Of a DNA stretch of 32,000 nucleotides, positions 27,860 through 32,000 are shown in pieces. The translations under genes and the position numbers were made by a program. Origin of the DNA: Candidatus Thorarchaeota archaeon. Lineage in GTDB: Archaea; Asgardarchaeota; Thorarchaeia; Thorarchaeales; Thorarchaeaceae. Position 1 is the stretch's first letter. Each line of letters starts with the position of its first letter. The notes under the pieces are model-generated. The model saw nothing but the letters and a program-made list of their open reading frames with translations. It had not been told where the DNA came from and did no database searches. The stretch lies in assembly GCA_008080745.1 (NCBI GenBank), contig SHMX01000005.1, forward strand, positions 120,001-152,000. Direction: 5' to 3'.

Positions 27860-29101
27860 ATGACGGAAAAGAGAGCTGCCATTCTTTTAGTGATGGACGG
27901 TGGAGGTGATCGTGGAGTCAAAGACTTGGACGGACAGACTCCGTTTCAAGCGGCTCATACCCCTAATCTCGATAGCTTAGCCAAGTCCGGACAAAATGGC
28001 CTTCTCGATGTCATTGGCCCTGGAATCACTCCCGGAAGTGATACTGCACATCTGGCTTTGTTTGGATATGACCCTGCTAGCACCTATCCTGGTCGAGGGC
28101 CATTAGAGGCATTAGGAGCGGGTCTTGATTCTCGTCCTGGGGATGTTGCATTTCGCTCAAATTTTGCTACCGTTAATGATGACATGGTAGTTCTTGATAG
28201 GCGTGCTGGACGTGACTTCACAGAAGAAGAGGGGAAGGCATTCAAGGAGGTTATCGACAAGCTGACTATCGAAGATGTAACTGTCCACTTCACCCATACT
28301 GTTGAGCATCGGGGTGCGCTTATTCTTCGAGGACCAAATCTTTCAGCAGATATCACTGACATAGACCCTCATGAAACTGGTGAAAAAATCCTTACCTGCG
28401 AAGCTGAGAATGAAGAAGCTGAAAAAACTGCGAGAATAATCAATAAGATGATTGAAGAGGTTCATAATCGAATGAAGGGTCTCAAAGTAAATCAAGAAAG
28501 GGAGGAGCGAGGATTGCCTCCAGCCAATGTTCTTCTTCTTCGAGGCCCCGGCAAACATCAAAATGTTTCCACATTACAGAATCGTTTTGGAATCCGTTCT
28601 GCAGTTATTGCTGGTGGTGCATTGTATATTGGGACAGCTAAATATGTCGGAATGGAGCACCTGCCTGTTGATGGACAGACTGGAACCATTGAAACCAACT
28701 TCACCAACATTGCAAAAAAGACCATTGAGGCTGTAGAAACGGGGTTTGACTATCTATTCCTTCATATCAAAGCTACTGATAATGCAAGCCATGATATGAA
28801 CTATGAAGAGAAGATATTGGCAATTGAGAAAACAGATGAGATGATCGGGCGAATTCTAGAAAGAGTATCAGATAAGATTGTTATCGGTATAACCGGAGAC
28901 CATACTACTCCCGTTACAGTGGGCGATCATACATGTGACCCAGTTCCCTTGACCATCTGGGCTGATTTCATTCGTTCTGATGATGTAGAACACTTTTCTG
29001 AGTTCCATGCAGCTAATGGTTCACTACATGGGATTAGGGGAAAAGATGTGATGAACTTACTTTTAGGCTATGCAGGACATATTGAGAAATATGGAGCATA
29101 A
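27860..29101 (+). CDS. apgM: 2,3-bisphosphoglycerate-independent phosphoglycerate mutase, archaeal type
   Basis: MDGGGDR, TPNLD, PGSDTAHL, YPGRGPLEALG, AFRSNFAT, EHRG, HIKATDNASH, TGDHTTP. Starts 3 nt after the eno stop. Confidence 0.95.
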   Translation: MTEKRAAILLVMDGGGDRGVKDLDGQTPFQAAHTPNLDSLAKSGQNGLLDVIGPGITPGSDTAHLALFGYDPASTYPGRGPLEALGAGLDSRPGDVAFRSNFATVNDDMVVLDRRAGRDFTEEEGKAFKEVIDKLTIEDVTVHFTHTVEHRGALILRGPNLSADITDIDPHETGEKILTCEAENEEAEKTARIINKMIEEVHNRMKGLKVNQEREERGLPPANVLLLRGPGKHQNVSTLQNRFGIRSAVIAGGALYIGTAKYVGMEHLPVDGQTGTIETNFTNIAKKTIEAVETGFDYLFLHIKATDNASHDMNYEEKILAIEKTDEMIGRILERVSDKIVIGITGDHTTPVTVGDHTCDPVPLTIWADFIRSDDVEHFSEFHAANGSLHGIRGKDVMNLLLGYAGHIEKYGA

Positions 29102-29105
29102 ATTG

Positions 29106-29127
29106 AAAAAGAGAGGGAAATCCTCTC
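29106..29127 (-). terminator. Short hairpin plus U-tract between convergent apgM and dehydrogenase
   Basis: GAGAGG-GAAAT-CCTCTC at 29111-29127, preceded by AAAAA (a U5 tract on the minus strand), right after the dehydrogenase stop. Confidence 0.45.
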
Positions 29128-29129
29128 CT

Positions 29130-30473
29130 CTATCTCTTTATGCCAGACTTGCCGACTGCTCTGTACTCAAAACCTGCTTTTTCCACACTTTTCTGGTCCC
29201 AGACGTTTCTTCCATCCACAATTATTGGTGTCCGCATGATTGATTTCAATTTCTCTAAATCGGCATCAAAGTATTCTTTATGTTTGGTCACTAATACTAG
29301 ACAATCCGCGTCTTTGGCGCAATCGTATAGATCTCGCTCGATCTCGTGTTGTGTGAACTCCCATTGATGCACATATGGATCATGCAATACCAGTGTTGCT
29401 CCTTTGGTCTGAAGAGATCCAATCAATGGAACTGCTGGTGTATTTCTGGTGTCATCAGCGTTCTCAAGGTATGCTACTCCAAGTACGACAATTTTCGCGT
29501 CGTGTACAGATACACCTCTTGCGAGAAGTGCATTCTCAACAAGATTGGAGAGATGAACTGGCATGTGATTGTTGATACGCCGTGCGACAGATATGAACTC
29601 AGGCTCAATCTTCCATGAACCATATTCATAGAGCCCAAATCTTAGAAGCCAAGGATCTTTTGGTAAACAGTGTCCGCCTACTCCAGCTCCTGGAATATGC
29701 ATGTGCCTGTCGTGGCGTGCATTAATCAATTCAATTATCTCGTATATATTTACTCCAAGACTCTCACAGACCAGAGCCATCTCATTGGCAAATGCGATAT
29801 TCACATCTCGGTATGCATTCTCAATAGTCTTTGCTAGTTCTGCACTCAGAGTATCGGTTGTATATATCTTCTCTTTGATAATTTTCGAGTACATCTCAAG
29901 GGCTCGTTCGGTACTCTTTGGTGTAATACCACCTACTACTCTGGGCATATTTACAATGAATTCGAGAAGTTTCCCTGGCATAACTCGTTCGTATGAGAAT
30001 GCAAGATCAAAATCTTCTCCACCCTTTAGGCCCGATTCTTTCTCAAGGATTTTTTGGACTACATTTTGAGTTGTTCCTGGAGCAACTGTTGACTCAACTA
30101 CAACCATAGCTCCCTTTTTCATTCTCTGTCCAATGTTTTTGCTTACCTCTCTTAAGGACACATACTGGGGCATATTTTGGGCATCGGTTGGTGTCTGCAC
30201 ATCGATAAGGATGATGTCTGCATCTTTTAGGATATCGATGTCATCTGTTACTCTGAATGTACCCTTTTCAACTACTTTGGCAATCAATTCATCTAGGCCA
30301 GGCTCATCACCCTCAAAGGGGGATTTTCCACTATTGAGCACATCTATCTTCCAACCGGAACGCTTTGATCTACGTTGCAGACCTATTACATCATAACCAT
30401 CCACATCAGCAAGCAAAGCCGCTGCTGGAATTCCTACATAACCCATACCAATTACAACAATCCTTGTAGTCAT
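29130..30473 (-). CDS. UDP-N-acetylhexosamine 6-dehydrogenase (WecC/WbpA-type nucleotide-sugar dehydrogenase)
   Basis: GMGYVG, VQTP, ESTVAPGTT, ERVMPG, ELAKTIENAYRDVNIAFANE, GVGGHCLPKDP, LGVAY, DTRNTP, IVDGRN. Confidence 0.92.
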   Translation of the reverse strand: MTTRIVVIGMGYVGIPAAALLADVDGYDVIGLQRRSKRSGWKIDVLNSGKSPFEGDEPGLDELIAKVVEKGTFRVTDDIDILKDADIILIDVQTPTDAQNMPQYVSLREVSKNIGQRMKKGAMVVVESTVAPGTTQNVVQKILEKESGLKGGEDFDLAFSYERVMPGKLLEFIVNMPRVVGGITPKSTERALEMYSKIIKEKIYTTDTLSAELAKTIENAYRDVNIAFANEMALVCESLGVNIYEIIELINARHDRHMHIPGAGVGGHCLPKDPWLLRFGLYEYGSWKIEPEFISVARRINNHMPVHLSNLVENALLARGVSVHDAKIVVLGVAYLENADDTRNTPAVPLIGSLQTKGATLVLHDPYVHQWEFTQHEIERDLYDCAKDADCLVLVTKHKEYFDADLEKLKSIMRTPIIVDGRNVWDQKSVEKAGFEYRAVGKSGIKR

Positions 30474-30719
30474 CTTAATCGTCCCGTGGATTACAATTAT
30501 AGTTCAGCATTTTCGCTGAGAGTACATTGAAAAAGGTTACTGAAACTCTGCTTGACCATCTTCATAAAAGCATGGTTATTATTGATGACTAGTATCTTGG
30601 ATTGGAGGTAGTAAGATTAAACTATTTTATTAATCACAGAATTGAATCAATATGATTGGATGAAATAACTTATTTATCCCTCATGATTCGGTTTCGATGC
30701 TTATATTTATGCCTCGAGG

Positions 30720-31403
30720 GTGATTCAAATAAAATTTCCAATCTCAAGTTTTACCGTGCGTGCCATAAAAAATCGGGTAAAAAGGATAGTAACAAGAAAG
30801 AGATCGATTAAATTCCCTAATCCCTGGATGGAAGCTGAAGAGATAGCTTTGATTGATCACTTATTCGGACGTGTGGCACCAGAGCGATGTCTGGAATGGG
30901 GCTGTGGTGGAAGTACCCTGCATTTTTCAAAGATACTTCAAGACACATCATGGGATTCAATTGAACATGATTTTCGTTGGTATAAGATTATATCCAGCTA
31001 TCTAGAACCAAAGCCAAATTGTACAATTCATCATGTTCCTTTTGGTAGTGAAACAGATTCCAGTCAAGAAGAGGTCGAGTCCTATGTCAATTTTCCTGAC
31101 ACCCTGGGAGGAGATTTTGACTTTATTCTGGTTGATGGCCGGAAGCGTGTCAAGTGTCTGAGAAAAACAAAAGACATCCTCAGTAGAAGAGGAATTGTGA
31201 TGCTTCATGACGCTGGTCGTGCTCGCTATCAGAGCGGACTGGAGGGATTTGCTTTTGGATATATGTTTAGATTACCCTGGTATCATATTGGTGTATGGGT
31301 TGGTGGAATGAACAAGTCATTGGTGAAATATTATGGTATTGATGGGCTATTCAAAGAATGGCAGATGCTCTTATATCTCTATGATTTTATTGGACTATAT
31401 TAG
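30720..31403 (+). CDS. Class I SAM-dependent methyltransferase (probable glycan O-methyltransferase)
   Basis: PWM, LEWGCGGST, SIEHD, FDFILVDGRKR, LHDA. The start is uncertain (GTG 30720 or ATG 30828). Confidence 0.75.
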   Translation: MIQIKFPISSFTVRAIKNRVKRIVTRKRSIKFPNPWMEAEEIALIDHLFGRVAPERCLEWGCGGSTLHFSKILQDTSWDSIEHDFRWYKIISSYLEPKPNCTIHHVPFGSETDSSQEEVESYVNFPDTLGGDFDFILVDGRKRVKCLRKTKDILSRRGIVMLHDAGRARYQSGLEGFAFGYMFRLPWYHIGVWVGGMNKSLVKYYGIDGLFKEWQMLLYLYDFIGLY

Positions 31404-31515
31404 TTTATGAATTTAGAAACCAATCTTCGTATTTGCACTAACTTATCATACATCCCTGATTGTACAATTGAATGGGTATAATCGTTTTCTAACTAATTAA
31501 TAATCTCTTTCAAAT

Positions 31516-31998
31516 CTATCGGAATTCTTCTATATACATGATTCTCATTTCGAATGCTTCTGCAAATTCCTCTCCCACAAAAGGACCTCTATAGCGCATA
31601 TTAGCTTCTAGACTCTTTCTAGAAAAATACGGTCTTCTTTCCAATTCGGATTTATACTCCCAAAGCGCTTTAAGTTTGGTTTCAACCTCCTTTTTAGTTA
31701 GTGGAACGAAAACGTTGGGTGAAAACCCTTGACAGTCCAAGGGCACTTCATAACTCAATAAAGTAGATTTTGTCCCCTTAAACGCTCTGAATGCCTCATG
31801 AGCTATAACTGCATGGTCTTGATGCACATCTTTTTCCCAATGAGTGAATACAATATCAAAATGAGTTTCTTTTCTAAGATCATAGAGATATTGGAGAATT
31901 TCTTGTCGATAAGCAGGTAATTTTCTAACAGGGAAGTCTAGTATTCTCAGATCTTGAATCCCAACAATCTTCGAGGCATTGACACATTCTTTTCTTCT
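31516..31998 (-). CDS. PIG-L/LmbE-family de-N-acetylase, 5'-truncated by the window
   Basis: The frame is open from 31998 (RRKECVNASKIVG...FDIVFTHWEKDVHQDH), then LLSYEVP, PNVFV, KLKAL..YKSE, AEAFE. The ORF-track start at 31827 is internal. Confidence 0.85.
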   Translation of the reverse strand, partial: RRKECVNASKIVGIQDLRILDFPVRKLPAYRQEILQYLYDLRKETHFDIVFTHWEKDVHQDHAVIAHEAFRAFKGTKSTLLSYEVPLDCQGFSPNVFVPLTKKEVETKLKALWEYKSELERRPYFSRKSLEANMRYRGPFVGEEFAEAFEMRIMYIEEFR

Positions 31999-32000
31999 GA

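Noticed and set aside
1-32000. tRNA/rRNA genes, CRISPR arrays, transposases, integrases, or recoding via in-frame stops
   Set aside because: None seen by eye. Intergenic gaps are at most about 250 nt without repeats or cloverleaf motifs, and all recognised proteins appear full length.

Overview
The window holds 24 tightly packed CDSs, the first and last truncated by the window edges. I found no RNA genes, mobile elements or CRISPR arrays. It is probably archaeal, judging by an archaeal-type ApgM and AglB/STT3-like membrane proteins; a Thorarchaeia/Asgard origin is only an impression and cannot be established here. Positions 1-24.8 kb are an AT-rich surface-glycan locus: five GT4 glycosyltransferases, two Wzx/MOP-type flippases, four large GT-C-like membrane proteins, three extended-SDR nucleotide-sugar enzymes, and tailoring enzymes (CapK/PaaK-like adenylating enzyme, pyruvyltransferase, formyltransferase coupled to a NodB-type deacetylase). 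A more GC-rich lower-glycolysis block (pyk, then divergent eno-apgM; 25.0-29.1 kb) interrupts it. Glycan genes then resume with a UDP-HexNAc dehydrogenase, a SAM methyltransferase and a PIG-L deacetylase. Best leads: (i) an SDR with WbmF/GME-type 3,5-epimerase features, suggesting an L-configured aminuronic acid; (ii) three AglB-like GT-C proteins lacking WWDxG, one carrying a tandemly duplicated ~137-aa extracellular domain; (iii) an AftB-like GT-C; (iv) a formyl/deacyl enzyme pair; (v) a pyruvyltransferase in the same region as the PEP-producing genes. All family calls come from motif recognition, not database searches.
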